From positions 29,204-93,203 of the forward strand of contig JBAYKW010000005.1 of NCBI GenBank assembly GCA_041664365.1: DNA of 64,000 bases, written 5' to 3'. This document shows positions 1 to 8,539 of the stretch, in pieces (the stretch's first letter is position 1; each line of letters starts with the position of its first letter). Both the position numbers and the translations under genes were made by a program. A model generated the notes under the pieces. The model did not search any database and had not been told where the DNA came from. It saw nothing but the letters and a program-made list of their open reading frames with translations. This DNA comes from Patescibacteria group bacterium (GTDB lineage Bacteria > Patescibacteriota > Patescibacteriia > UM-FILTER-42-10).

Positions 1-716
1 TCAGACGAAGAATATGCCATTACTTTATTAAAATCCGGATTTGTTTCCAAAAATACCAAAGCGGTCATCATTTTTGTCAGACTGGCAATCCACCATTGTT
101 TATCCGAATTTAATTCATATAGCACTGCGCCGGTGCGTTCATCAATAGCAATCGCCGTTTCCGCCTGGATACTTGGATTGCCTGCTCCGGTAATTTTTAC
201 CGGTCCGTCCAGAACGCCGGTGGTTTCAAATACGGCGACAATCGACCAGGGAAAATGAATCGCCGCTTTAGCAATGTTGTTTGCGTAATCAATCGTGGTT
301 GGTATCGGCCGCCATTCATTCGTAATTCTGTCCCAAAAATGAATTCTCTTTTTATAAACATTCTCTGATTCAAATTTTAGGGAGATAAATACCGGCTTAT
401 CAAGTACAGTCGGATTTTGAACACGGATATCATAGACATATACCGGACTGATCAATTCTTTGGTTGACGGGATTTCGTAGTTTAAATAGTCAGATTCTTT
501 TATTTTCACCCAGGCACCCTCTGTGAATATTCCTCCGCGGATTCCGACCATAAAGTCATAATGCTTGCTCGGAACAGTGTATCCTTTTGCCATAGTGTCT
601 TGATTCAGATAGCGTGCCCGGTTTAATGTCTCTACCGCATCGGCTGGGTGTGAAAATGACAGAAATAATATTCCTGTTGCTATTATGGTTAAGCCTTTGT
701 AATTTTTGTTTTTCAT
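1..716 (-). CDS. D-alanyl-D-alanine carboxypeptidase (peptidase S11) with N-terminal accessory domain; runs off the window start
   Basis: Manual translation from ATG at 716: signal peptide MKNKNYKGLTIIATGILFL..., later AIAIDERTGAVLYELNSDKQWWIASLTKMMTALVFLE with the SxxK motif. Confidence 0.8.
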   Translation of the reverse strand, partial: MKNKNYKGLTIIATGILFLSFSHPADAVETLNRARYLNQDTMAKGYTVPSKHYDFMVGIRGGIFTEGAWVKIKESDYLNYEIPSTKELISPVYVYDIRVQNPTVLDKPVFISLKFESENVYKKRIHFWDRITNEWRPIPTTIDYANNIAKAAIHFPWSIVAVFETTGVLDGPVKITGAGNPSIQAETAIAIDERTGAVLYELNSDKQWWIASLTKMMTALVFLETNPDFNKVMAYSSS

Positions 717-721
717 AGTCT

Positions 722-1210
722 TTAAAATAATTGCCAAAAAAATAATCCGATCATTAACAGTCCGATAATGAATTTGATCAAAGTTCCGCTTAGAAAGCCA
801 ATAAATGTTCCCAAACCCGCCTTCAGCGCTTTGCGGTGATCTTTTCCGCTGATCAGTTCGCCGATTGTTGCTCCGATCATCGGACCAATAATCAAGCCGA
901 CCAGTCCGCCGGTAATGATTCCGATCATCATCCCAAAGATTGATCCGGCGATACCCCACCTTCCCGCTCCGAATTTCTTTGCTCCGTAAATATTCGCCAG
1001 ATAGTCAATAACGAAAGAAAAAATCATCAATAAGGTAAATATGGTCATTACCAGCCAGCCGACTTCCCGGAAATCGGTAAGGAAAGCGTAGATTAATGCG
1101 CCCAGCCAGATTAAAGGAATGCCGGGAAGCAGCGGAAAAACAATTCCAACCAAACCTACCGTAAAAAACAGTATTGCAATCCCTAGAAAAATTATTACTT
1201 CCCAGCCCAT
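722..1210 (-). CDS. DUF456-family membrane protein
   Basis: Hydrophobic Gly-rich protein with PLLPG and GAKKFGA motifs. Confidence 0.8.
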   Translation of the reverse strand: MGWEVIIFLGIAILFFTVGLVGIVFPLLPGIPLIWLGALIYAFLTDFREVGWLVMTIFTLLMIFSFVIDYLANIYGAKKFGAGRWGIAGSIFGMMIGIITGGLVGLIIGPMIGATIGELISGKDHRKALKAGLGTFIGFLSGTLIKFIIGLLMIGLFFWQLF

Positions 1211-1279
1211 ATATTTGTATTATTTATTTAATATTATTATATCAAACAAAGCTGAAATAAGCACTTTTCTTAATATGTC

Positions 1280-1308
1280 TTGACGTTCGGTTTTTGTTCG
1301 GGTATACT
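1280..1308 (+). promoter_or_regulatory. sigma70 promoter of lexA with putative LexA operator (GTTCGG direct repeat, GTTC-N7-GTTC) between -35 and -10
   Basis: TTGACG 1280-1285, 17 bp, TATACT 1303-1308; GTTCGG at 1285-1290 and 1296-1301. Confidence 0.7.
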
Positions 1309-1410
1309 GTTTATACTAGTACAACTACCTGTGGATAACTCTCTCTCCTATCCAATCCCATATTTATCTAAACCCTATACCCTAATCCCTTAATCCTAAC
1401 CCCTAAATCT

Positions 1411-2016
1411 ATGAACGAAAACATCACTAAAAAGCAAAAAGAAATCCTGGACTATATCACGGAATTCATTTCCGTAAACGGCTACTCCCCCAGTTATCGG
1501 GAAATGGCGGATTATTTCGGCTTGTCATCCCCCGCCACTATTTTTGAACATATCAAAGGATTGGAGGACAAAGGATTTATTAAAGCGGAAGAGAGAAAAG
1601 CCCGGTCCATTAAAATATTCAAGGAGAAAAAGAAAGAGATGCCCGCACTCGAACTGCCATTAGTAGGATTAATCACCGCCGGTGAACCGATCGAAGCGAT
1701 TGAAGAAAGAGAAACAATTTCCATACCGGTCGGGTTGGTTGACAGCATTAATTCCTTCGTACTGAAAGTCAAAGGCGAATCCATGATCGGCGAAGGAATA
1801 TTTGACGGAGATTACGTGGTCTGCGAAAGAAACTACTATCCGAAGAACGGCGACGTGGTTGTAGCGCTTTTAAATAATGAATACGCAACTCTCAAAAAAT
1901 ATTTCCGGGAAAAAACCAGAATCCGCCTGCAACCGGCCAATCCCAATATGAAACCGATCTTTTCCAAGAACCCGGTAATTCAGGGGATCGTCAAAGCCAT
2001 CTTCAGAAAATATTAA
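1411..2016 (+). CDS. lexA: LexA repressor
   Basis: wHTH (GYSPSYREMA), AG cleavage site (ITAGEPI), catalytic Ser (GESM) and Lys (ATLKK). Confidence 0.95.
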   Translation: MNENITKKQKEILDYITEFISVNGYSPSYREMADYFGLSSPATIFEHIKGLEDKGFIKAEERKARSIKIFKEKKKEMPALELPLVGLITAGEPIEAIEERETISIPVGLVDSINSFVLKVKGESMIGEGIFDGDYVVCERNYYPKNGDVVVALLNNEYATLKKYFREKTRIRLQPANPNMKPIFSKNPVIQGIVKAIFRKY

Positions 2017-2040
2017 AAATTTATAATTAAAAACAAAAAC

Positions 2041-2289
2041 ATGTTCAAAACAATCAATGAAACCATCAAAGTAACCAGCTCTTTCTTTCGGGACAGGGTA
2101 ATACCGGAAAAGTTTGAATGGAACGGACAGCAACATGTGATTGAAAATTCCAAACTGGTGCACGCCGCAAAAAAAGGCGAAGGGAAAATGTTTTTCTTTG
2201 ATGTGCAGGATGACCGGGATTTATATAAACTTTCTTTTGATACCAGAAGTCTGGAGTGGGAGTTGAACCAGGTTTTTATTCAAAAATAA
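2041..2289 (+). CDS. Small beta-rich protein (DUF6504-like), paralog 1, in SOS operon
   Basis: 82 aa; shares TINETI.V, F.W, YKL.F and L.W.L motifs with the next ORF. Confidence 0.7.
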   Translation: MFKTINETIKVTSSFFRDRVIPEKFEWNGQQHVIENSKLVHAAKKGEGKMFFFDVQDDRDLYKLSFDTRSLEWELNQVFIQK

Positions 2290-2292
2290 TTT

Positions 2293-2541
2293 ATGTACGA
2301 AACGATCAATGAAACAATTGAAGTTCTGGTTCGTTTTGGCAAGCAGACTATTGCCCCCGCTGTTTTCCGCTGGCGGAATAAAATATACAAGATCGAAAAA
2401 GTTAACCTAGCACACAGTGGTAAGGTGGGAGATGAAAAATGGTACTACTTCTCCGTTTCTGATGATGCCAATTATTATAAACTTGCCTTTAACAGCACAA
2501 CTTTGAAATGGTATTTGGATGAATTATATATAGAGGGCTAA
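2293..2541 (+). CDS. Small beta-rich protein (DUF6504-like), paralog 2, in SOS operon
   Basis: 82 aa paralog of 2041..2289. Confidence 0.7.
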   Translation: MYETINETIEVLVRFGKQTIAPAVFRWRNKIYKIEKVNLAHSGKVGDEKWYYFSVSDDANYYKLAFNSTTLKWYLDELYIEG

Positions 2542-2550
2542 CATAAGTGT

Positions 2551-2617
2551 AGGTGACAATGCGCCCGTCTGCCAACGTCTGAAGCCGTAGGCTGATGACG
2601 GGCAGGCATTGTCGCCT
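2551..2617. repeat. REP-like palindrome AGGTG-ACAA-TGC|GCA-TTGT-CGCCT interrupted at its centre by a nested hairpin (2563-2605)
   Basis: Arms aggtgacaatgc and gcattgtcgcct; nested gcccgtc...gacgggc. Confidence 0.65.
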
Positions 2618-2631
2618 GTTAGTTTTAAAAA

Positions 2632-3849
2632 ATGGAAAAAATAATATTTCATATTGATATGGATTCGTATTTCGCCACCTGCGAACAACAAGCGAATCCT
2701 TTTTTGCGTGGCAAGCCGATCGCCGTTTCCGGCCATCCGGATTCGCGTACCGTAATTTCCGCCGCATCCAAGGAAGCCAAGAAACTGGGTGTAAAATCCG
2801 CTATGCCTATTTTTGAAGCCAGGCGCATTTGTCCAGACATCATTTTTGTCCCCGGGGATTTTGAAAAATATGTGCATATCACTAAAACTATCATCAGAAT
2901 ATTTCTTTCCTTTACCGACCAAGTGGAAGTAACCAGCATTGATGAGGCATTCATGGACGTTACTCCTATTGCCAAAAGATACGGCGGAGCAATCCACGTC
3001 GCCAACAAAATAAAAGCAGAATTAAAACAGCAAGTTGGTGACTGGATGACCTGCTCGATCGGTATCGCACCGAATAAGCTGATGGCTAAACTGGCTTCAG
3101 GATTGAGGAAGCCCGACGGCATCATGTTTGTACCACAAAAAGATATCCTTTCTGTTTTAAAAACTATTGAACTTACAGACTTGTGCGGGCTGGGCCGTCA
3201 GACAGAAAAGCATTTAAACAAAATTGGAATTAAAAATCTGGCTGAACTAAAGCAATATCCCTTAATCAAACTAATCAGGGAATTCGGCCAAACGGGCTTG
3301 CAACTACATAATATGAGCTGGGGCAGGGGTTCTGACTATGTCCCCTCTTATTATGAAAGTTACCAGGAGAAATCAATGGGGCATCAGATTACCCTACCGA
3401 AAAATACCCTAGATCTGGAATATTTGAATAACACACTTTTGAAGCTTTGTGAGAAAACCGGACGCAGAATGCGAGAAGCTAAACTATCCGGTCGGGTGGT
3501 CAGCGTGTTTATCAGATACAACAATTTTGAAGGCATCTCCCGACAAAAGGCGGTAAAGATTAATGTTGACGACGGGTATCAGATTTTTGAGCTAGCCAGA
3601 AATATTTTAAAATCATTTTCATTCAAATATCCCGTGCGCTTGATTGGGGTCAGTGTTGCCAAGCTTTCCTATTCTAATCAATACGCGCTTCCTTTCGCAG
3701 ACACAAAAAAGAAACAAGCAATCCTGCAGGCGATGGATGCCGTAAATAATAAGCATGGAGAATTTACTATTCAGCGCGCTTGCCTGTTAAAAGATCTCGG
3801 GTTAAAGAGAGATTTGCCGGCACACGGGCTGATGCGTAAATACCTATAG
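2632..3849 (+). CDS. dinB: DNA polymerase IV (Y family)
   Basis: HIDMDSYFA, SIDEAFMD, SIGIAPNKLMAKLAS motifs. Confidence 0.95.
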   Translation: MEKIIFHIDMDSYFATCEQQANPFLRGKPIAVSGHPDSRTVISAASKEAKKLGVKSAMPIFEARRICPDIIFVPGDFEKYVHITKTIIRIFLSFTDQVEVTSIDEAFMDVTPIAKRYGGAIHVANKIKAELKQQVGDWMTCSIGIAPNKLMAKLASGLRKPDGIMFVPQKDILSVLKTIELTDLCGLGRQTEKHLNKIGIKNLAELKQYPLIKLIREFGQTGLQLHNMSWGRGSDYVPSYYESYQEKSMGHQITLPKNTLDLEYLNNTLLKLCEKTGRRMREAKLSGRVVSVFIRYNNFEGISRQKAVKINVDDGYQIFELARNILKSFSFKYPVRLIGVSVAKLSYSNQYALPFADTKKKQAILQAMDAVNNKHGEFTIQRACLLKDLGLKRDLPAHGLMRKYL

Positions 3850-3875
3850 GCGAGGATGCGCATCCTCGCCTATAG
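3844..3875. repeat. Perfect 32-bp REP-like palindrome overlapping the dinB stop codon
   Basis: CTATAGGCGAGGATGC|GCATCCTCGCCTATAG. Confidence 0.85.
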
Positions 3876-3881
3876 ACGGGT

Positions 3882-3943
3882 TTGACCCCGTTAGAGTCAA
3901 AAACTCTAACGGGGTTGACAAATCCACTGTTTTATTATAAGCT
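3882..3943 (+). promoter_or_regulatory. TTGAC-CCCGTTAGAG...CTCTAACGGGG-TTGACA palindromic element fused to a sigma70 promoter
   Basis: TTGACA 3915-3920, 17 bp, TAAGCT 3938-3943; related copies at 7139 and 45560. Confidence 0.75.
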
Positions 3944-4017
3944 GTGGAGCTTATTTGTGTGTCAATTCGGACATACAAAAAGGCAGGACTGCGTGCAACA
4001 GAAGGAGAGGAACATTA

Positions 4018-4782
4018 ATGTCCGCAACCAGAAAACCCAGCGAGGTCTACGATGGGATTTCCGTCCAGAAGGCTGCCGACTTCTTCGTCGGCAACAAGAA
4101 CCGCTGGCGACTCTACATCGGCAACCCGCCGGTCCTGATCGAAGATCTGGATTGGGAGTGTATCTCCCCGTTCGGCTCCGTCCGCAACGTCGTCGTCGTG
4201 GACGAGAACGGCCTGCCGATCTTCGACCGTCCGGAATACCGCGAGGCGCCGAACGTCAACGTCGTGGTCTGGGGACGTGATCCCGACGGCACCGTCAAGC
4301 TCGCTGTGATCACACAGCCCCGCCCGCACGCGGATCACCCGTGGCTCAAACCCGGTACACCCTGCGATCCGGTCGTGTTCTGCCAGATCGTCATGGGCTT
4401 CACGAGGAAGCTGTTCGGCGAGGACATCTTCGAGCAGTATGAGTCCGCAAAGGATGCGGCCAAGCGGGAAACCGCCGAGGAATCCGGCGCCAAGGTGATC
4501 CGGAATATCGAAGCTCCCAGCGCTCCCTGGCACAACCCCAACCCGACATTCGTCGCGACGTGGAGCAACCTGCTCTTCATCGAGGTCGATCTCGAAGCGC
4601 TGGAGGCGATCAAATCCACGCGCAACGAGCCGATCTACAACGCTGAGTTCGTAGACGTACCTACGCTTCGTAAGCGCGTTGCGGACGGCGTGGGTTCCAA
4701 TGGAGAGTTTTACCGTATGTGTACGGCCAACTCTGCGTGGTTCATTTTCGAGTGCTGCCACCCCGAGCTGTTCAAAGCATAG
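4018..4782 (+). CDS. Nudix-fold hydrolase-like protein, GC-rich cassette gene
   Basis: Nudix-box-like ESAKDAAKRETAEESG; SD AAGGAG before ATG 4018; C/G-ending codons. Confidence 0.7.
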   Translation: MSATRKPSEVYDGISVQKAADFFVGNKNRWRLYIGNPPVLIEDLDWECISPFGSVRNVVVVDENGLPIFDRPEYREAPNVNVVVWGRDPDGTVKLAVITQPRPHADHPWLKPGTPCDPVVFCQIVMGFTRKLFGEDIFEQYESAKDAAKRETAEESGAKVIRNIEAPSAPWHNPNPTFVATWSNLLFIEVDLEALEAIKSTRNEPIYNAEFVDVPTLRKRVADGVGSNGEFYRMCTANSAWFIFECCHPELFKA

Positions 4783-4800
4783 CGGAACCCTGTTCCGCCC

Positions 4801-4837
4801 ATCCCCTGGATTCACACCCCTCGGGATTTTTTTTATT
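4801..4837 (+). terminator. Probable intrinsic terminator
   Basis: ATCCC...GGGAT followed by a T run; the stem is imperfect. Confidence 0.55.
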
Positions 4838-4864
4838 TACAAATCGATGATATCATCGAGGGTA

Positions 4865-4893
4865 TTGACTTTTTTTTAAATCTATTGTACGAT
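4865..4893 (+). promoter_or_regulatory. sigma70 promoter
   Basis: TTGACT, 17 bp, TACGAT; preceded by perfect palindrome TCGATGATATCATCGA at 4844-4859. Confidence 0.65.
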
Positions 4894-4971
4894 TTTTGCT
4901 CCCGTTCTTTCCCTAAACCCTGCGACCATCGTTCAGCGACCCTGAGCACGGTCAACTCATGGAGGAATCTT

Positions 4972-5319
4972 ATGACCGTCCAGCTGTACCTCACTCACTG
5001 CTCGATCGCGCTCGTCGCGCTTGCGCTCACCACTCTGTTCCAGGTCGGGCTTCTGAAGTGGGCTCGACACAACTTCGACTTCTTCTTCATGGTGAAGAAG
5101 ACACACGTGCGCAACTTCCTGGTTCTCAGGGTCTTCCAGCTCATTCTGCTGGCTCTGATCGCATGGGCGGTCCGGTCATTTCTGATCAAGGATTTTCTGA
5201 GCTCTGCGCTTCGCCCGCAGGTCATCCTGATCCACATCGGCTTCTGGCTGGTGATTCCCTATCTCCTCTACTTCGCCAACTACCGGTGGGAATTCCGGAA
5301 CAAGAACTTCTGTCGCTGA
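4972..5319 (+). CDS. Small 3-TM membrane protein, GC-rich cassette gene
   Basis: SD GGAGG before ATG 4972; three hydrophobic segments. Confidence 0.7.
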   Translation: MTVQLYLTHCSIALVALALTTLFQVGLLKWARHNFDFFFMVKKTHVRNFLVLRVFQLILLALIAWAVRSFLIKDFLSSALRPQVILIHIGFWLVIPYLLYFANYRWEFRNKNFCR

Positions 5320-5543
5320 AGCGACAGTCGCTCCCCTCAAGTCCAACAACAAGTATTACTTCGTTCGCGGACTTTTTTTATTACACAGGTGTTGAATATT
5401 ATGTGCTAATTATTGACAAAACTAGTCTGTTTTTGTTAAGGTATGAGACTATTTCTTCGCACATTGACTTTAGCGACATGGCGGTTTTGAGGCCAATACC
5501 GCTGTGTCATCATGGCTATGTTCAGTAGGGTAAAGGAGACCCA

Positions 5544-7019
5544 ATGAAAAAGCCTGCGTTTCTCCAGTACAGGTTCGGGCCGACCTTCTGGTCTGCCAAC
5601 GTCATGGAACTACTCGAACGGATGGGATGGTATGCCCTGTTCTCCATCATCATCCTCTTCCTCACCAACAGCAAGAAGGAAGGGGCTCTTGGTCTGACGA
5701 ATGAACAGGCAGGTACGATTCTGGGTATCGTGCCGTTCTTCCTCTACCTCGTGCCACTAGTCATGGGCACGATCGGCGAGAAGATCGGATACAAGCGCAT
5801 GTTGCTGGCATCGTTCGCGGTACTGGCCACGGGATACTACCTGTGCAGTCTGGCGACCGGATTCTGGACGTTCTTCTGGTTCTTCATGCTCGTCGCCCTG
5901 GGCGCCGGCATGTTCAAGCCGATGATTTCGGCTACGATCGGTCAGACGACCAGTGACAGCAACGAGAAGCGATCCGTCGGCTACGGCATCTTCTATGCCG
6001 TGATCAACGTCGGCGGATTCCTCGGGCCGGTCATCGCCGGTACGTTCCGACCGAGGTGCGATACCTCGGGGAATGTGATCAGCGGCAACTGGGATACGCT
6101 GTTCTACATCAACACCTGCTACATGGTGGCGATGTTTCTCTTCACGCTGTTCTTCTTCAAGGAGCCAGCGCGCAAGGGAACGGATCCCCTCGGCAAAAAG
6201 CTCCGCGAGATGGTCACGGACCTCCGCGACCCGAAGCTGAGCATTCTGCTCCTGATCCTCGTCGGGTACTGGACGAACTACGTACAGTTCTTCAACACGA
6301 TGGCCCTCTGGATCACGGAGTGGGTGGATACCAGTGCATTGGCGTCGCTGCCCTTCATCCCGGATGCCTGGGTGTCGGCTGGCCAGCTCAAGCCGGAGTA
6401 CTTGATCAACCTTAACGGGCTGACCATCATCTTGCTAGCTGTCTGGCTGACGAACAAGACTTCACCCTTCCCGATCCTGAAGACCATGAACACGGCGATC
6501 CTCATCCTCTGCCTTGCGGTGGCTGGTCTCACGTTCACGACTCCATTGGTCACGGGCGCGCTGGCACTCTGGCTGCTCATGACTCTGATCATCGTGTTCT
6601 CCATGGCGGAGATTTGCGTGAATCCCAAGAGCAACGAGCTCATGGCGAAGATCGCGCCGCCCGCGAAAGTGGCCACGTACCAGGGGTACATGTTCCTGTC
6701 GGTCGCCGGAGGATTCTTACTAGGAGGCAAGCTCGTCGGCTTGTACGGCCACTTCGCCGGAAAGACGGAGATGTACCGTAATGAGCTAACGAGACTTGCA
6801 AGCAACGTGCCCGACATCAAGGACCTCAACATCACCCAGCTGGGCATCGAGCTCCAGAAGCTCAACGTGGACCTTACGCAGTTCGATCAGCAGCTCTGGA
6901 CGACTCACAAGCCCTATCTCTACTGGTTGATCTGCGCGGCGATCGGCGTCATCTCCGTTGTCCTACTCGCTATTTACCGTCGGGCCGTTCCGATGCTCGA
7001 GAAAACCAAACGTACCTGA
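5544..7019 (+). CDS. MFS transporter, POT/PTR peptide transporter-like, GC-rich cassette gene
   Basis: ELLERMGWY (ExxERFxYY-like), GAGMFKP, FYAVINVGG motifs; SD AAGGAG; upstream TTGACA 5413 and TAAGGT 5437. Confidence 0.85.
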   Translation: MKKPAFLQYRFGPTFWSANVMELLERMGWYALFSIIILFLTNSKKEGALGLTNEQAGTILGIVPFFLYLVPLVMGTIGEKIGYKRMLLASFAVLATGYYLCSLATGFWTFFWFFMLVALGAGMFKPMISATIGQTTSDSNEKRSVGYGIFYAVINVGGFLGPVIAGTFRPRCDTSGNVISGNWDTLFYINTCYMVAMFLFTLFFFKEPARKGTDPLGKKLREMVTDLRDPKLSILLLILVGYWTNYVQFFNTMALWITEWVDTSALASLPFIPDAWVSAGQLKPEYLINLNGLTIILLAVWLTNKTSPFPILKTMNTAILILCLAVAGLTFTTPLVTGALALWLLMTLIIVFSMAEICVNPKSNELMAKIAPPAKVATYQGYMFLSVAGGFLLGGKLVGLYGHFAGKTEMYRNELTRLASNVPDIKDLNITQLGIELQKLNVDLTQFDQQLWTTHKPYLYWLICAAIGVISVVLLAIYRRAVPMLEKTKRT

Positions 7020-7082
7020 TTTGAACGAAGGAAGCCAGTACAACTGGCACATGGTGTCGGCCTCACACCATACTCCTTCCAC

Positions 7083-7121
7083 CCTTACACAACCGCGGCA
7101 TGTGTAAGGGATTTTTTTATT
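7083..7121 (+). terminator. Intrinsic terminator
   Basis: CCTTACACA/TGTGTAAGG stem followed by T7. Confidence 0.8.
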
Positions 7122-7138
7122 CTGATTATTATATAGAA

Positions 7139-7200
7139 TTGACCCTGTTAGAGTCTTTGACTATAGCAGGATTGACAAAATTAATTAATTTCACTAAGCT
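7139..7200 (+). promoter_or_regulatory. Degenerate TTGAC-palindrome element plus sigma70 promoter
   Basis: TTGACCCTGTTAGAGTC...GACTATAGCAGGA-TTGACA (7172), 17 bp, TAAGCT (7195). Confidence 0.7.
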
Positions 7201-7268
7201 TATTTACCGTCCGCAAAGTTCAGCGGATAATAAAGAAGCCCCTCTAACTGCGAAAGGATGGTCTGATC

Positions 7269-7619
7269 ATGCCTCTTTATATCACGCTGATCCTGCACAC
7301 AATCATCGGCGGGGTGACTCTAGTCACCCTGATCTACTGGAAGGCGGTACCCAGCCTCCTTAGCCTCTTCAGGGAGAACATCAACTTTTCGTGGCCAGGC
7401 TTCGGCATCTACGCTTCCCTTTTTCTGATAGAAAGAGCAGCGCAGGCAACCATCAACTACGCGACGCAGTTCGTACTGCACATCTGGATCGGACTGCCGT
7501 ACTTCCACCAGTTGCCCGCACCGTGGTGCTGGCTGATGCCGCTCTCGTTCTTTCTCACCCTGCCTCTTTACGGCTGGGTCAGATTCTACCGTTTCACATG
7601 GCATCCGCGCCCTACCTAA
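7269..7619 (+). CDS. Small hydrophobic membrane protein, cassette gene
   Basis: 116 aa, about three hydrophobic segments, AAAGGA upstream, ATCCCT...AGGGAT-T6 terminator downstream. Confidence 0.65.
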   Translation: MPLYITLILHTIIGGVTLVTLIYWKAVPSLLSLFRENINFSWPGFGIYASLFLIERAAQATINYATQFVLHIWIGLPYFHQLPAPWCWLMPLSFFLTLPLYGWVRFYRFTWHPRPT

Positions 7620-7655
7620 TCCCTCCCGAACCAATGGTTCCCTGCAGGGATTTTT

Positions 7656-8123
7656 TTATTGCAAAGATTTTAAATCATTTAACACCTCTTCCGCGTGCAC
7701 CGGGGGTTTTACTTTTTCGTAAATTTTTACTATTTTGCCTTGAGGATTTATTAAGAACGAAGTTCTGGCTATTCCCATAAACTCCTTGCCCAGAAATTTT
7801 TTCTTCTGCCAGACACCATACGCCTTCAGCATTTCCATTTTATCATCCGAAAGCAAGGTAAAAGGTAACTTATATTTTGCTTTAAATTTTTCGTGGCTTT
7901 CAATGCTGTCCTTGCTGACACCCAAAACTTCCGCTTTCAGTCTGGAAAATTTTGGAAATGAATCGCGGAGTGTGCATGCTTCAATTGTGCAACCGGGAGT
8001 ATTATCTCTCGGATAAAAATAAATCAAAATCCATTTGCCTTTATAATCAGAAAGCTTATGGATATCTCCACTCTGATCCGGCAGTGAAAATTCCGGTGCT
8101 TTTTTGTTTAATAAATCTTTCAT
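7656..8123 (-). CDS. bcp: Thioredoxin-dependent thiol peroxidase Bcp
   Basis: YFYPRDNTPGCTIEAC. Confidence 0.92.
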   Translation of the reverse strand: MKDLLNKKAPEFSLPDQSGDIHKLSDYKGKWILIYFYPRDNTPGCTIEACTLRDSFPKFSRLKAEVLGVSKDSIESHEKFKAKYKLPFTLLSDDKMEMLKAYGVWQKKKFLGKEFMGIARTSFLINPQGKIVKIYEKVKPPVHAEEVLNDLKSLQ

Positions 8124-8132
8124 ATTGAAATG

Positions 8133-8528
8133 TTATTTTATAAATTTGAAATGTTTTAAAGCCGGAATAATATTTGGTGCGATATTTTTCGGCAAATCAT
8201 TTATATCAAACCATTTCCACTCTCTAATATCTGCACCCGGCGCAATTTCGCCGATCCTATTCGCCAGGTAATGCACCAATTTTACATCACAAACCCCGTC
8301 AGCAGTTTCCTTGACATCATAAGTGATAAAGGCTTGTGGATTGTTAATTTCAACATCAATTCCCATTTCCTCTTTTGCTTCCCTCTTGGCAGTTTCTATC
8401 AGATCCTTATCACTTACCTGCATCTTTCCACCACAAACCTTCCAGAAATCAGTATCGCCATGCTGATTTAAAAGTATTTTGTTATTTTCAACAATTACTG
8501 CTCCGGAAACAATTATTACTTTGTTCAT
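8133..8528 (-). CDS. NUDIX hydrolase
   Basis: GG...ETAKREAKEEMG Nudix box. Confidence 0.85.
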   Translation of the reverse strand: MNKVIIVSGAVIVENNKILLNQHGDTDFWKVCGGKMQVSDKDLIETAKREAKEEMGIDVEINNPQAFITYDVKETADGVCDVKLVHYLANRIGEIAPGADIREWKWFDINDLPKNIAPNIIPALKHFKFIK

Positions 8529-8539
8529 AGTATTATAAG

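Noticed and set aside
1330-1338. DnaA-box sequences at 1330 and 61247 as a replication origin
   Set aside because: Isolated single boxes; no cluster and no dnaA or dnaN nearby.
3882-7660. Integron cassette array
   Set aside because: No integrase in the window, no RYYYAAC/GTTRRRY attC sites recognised, and each unit has its own promoter and terminator.
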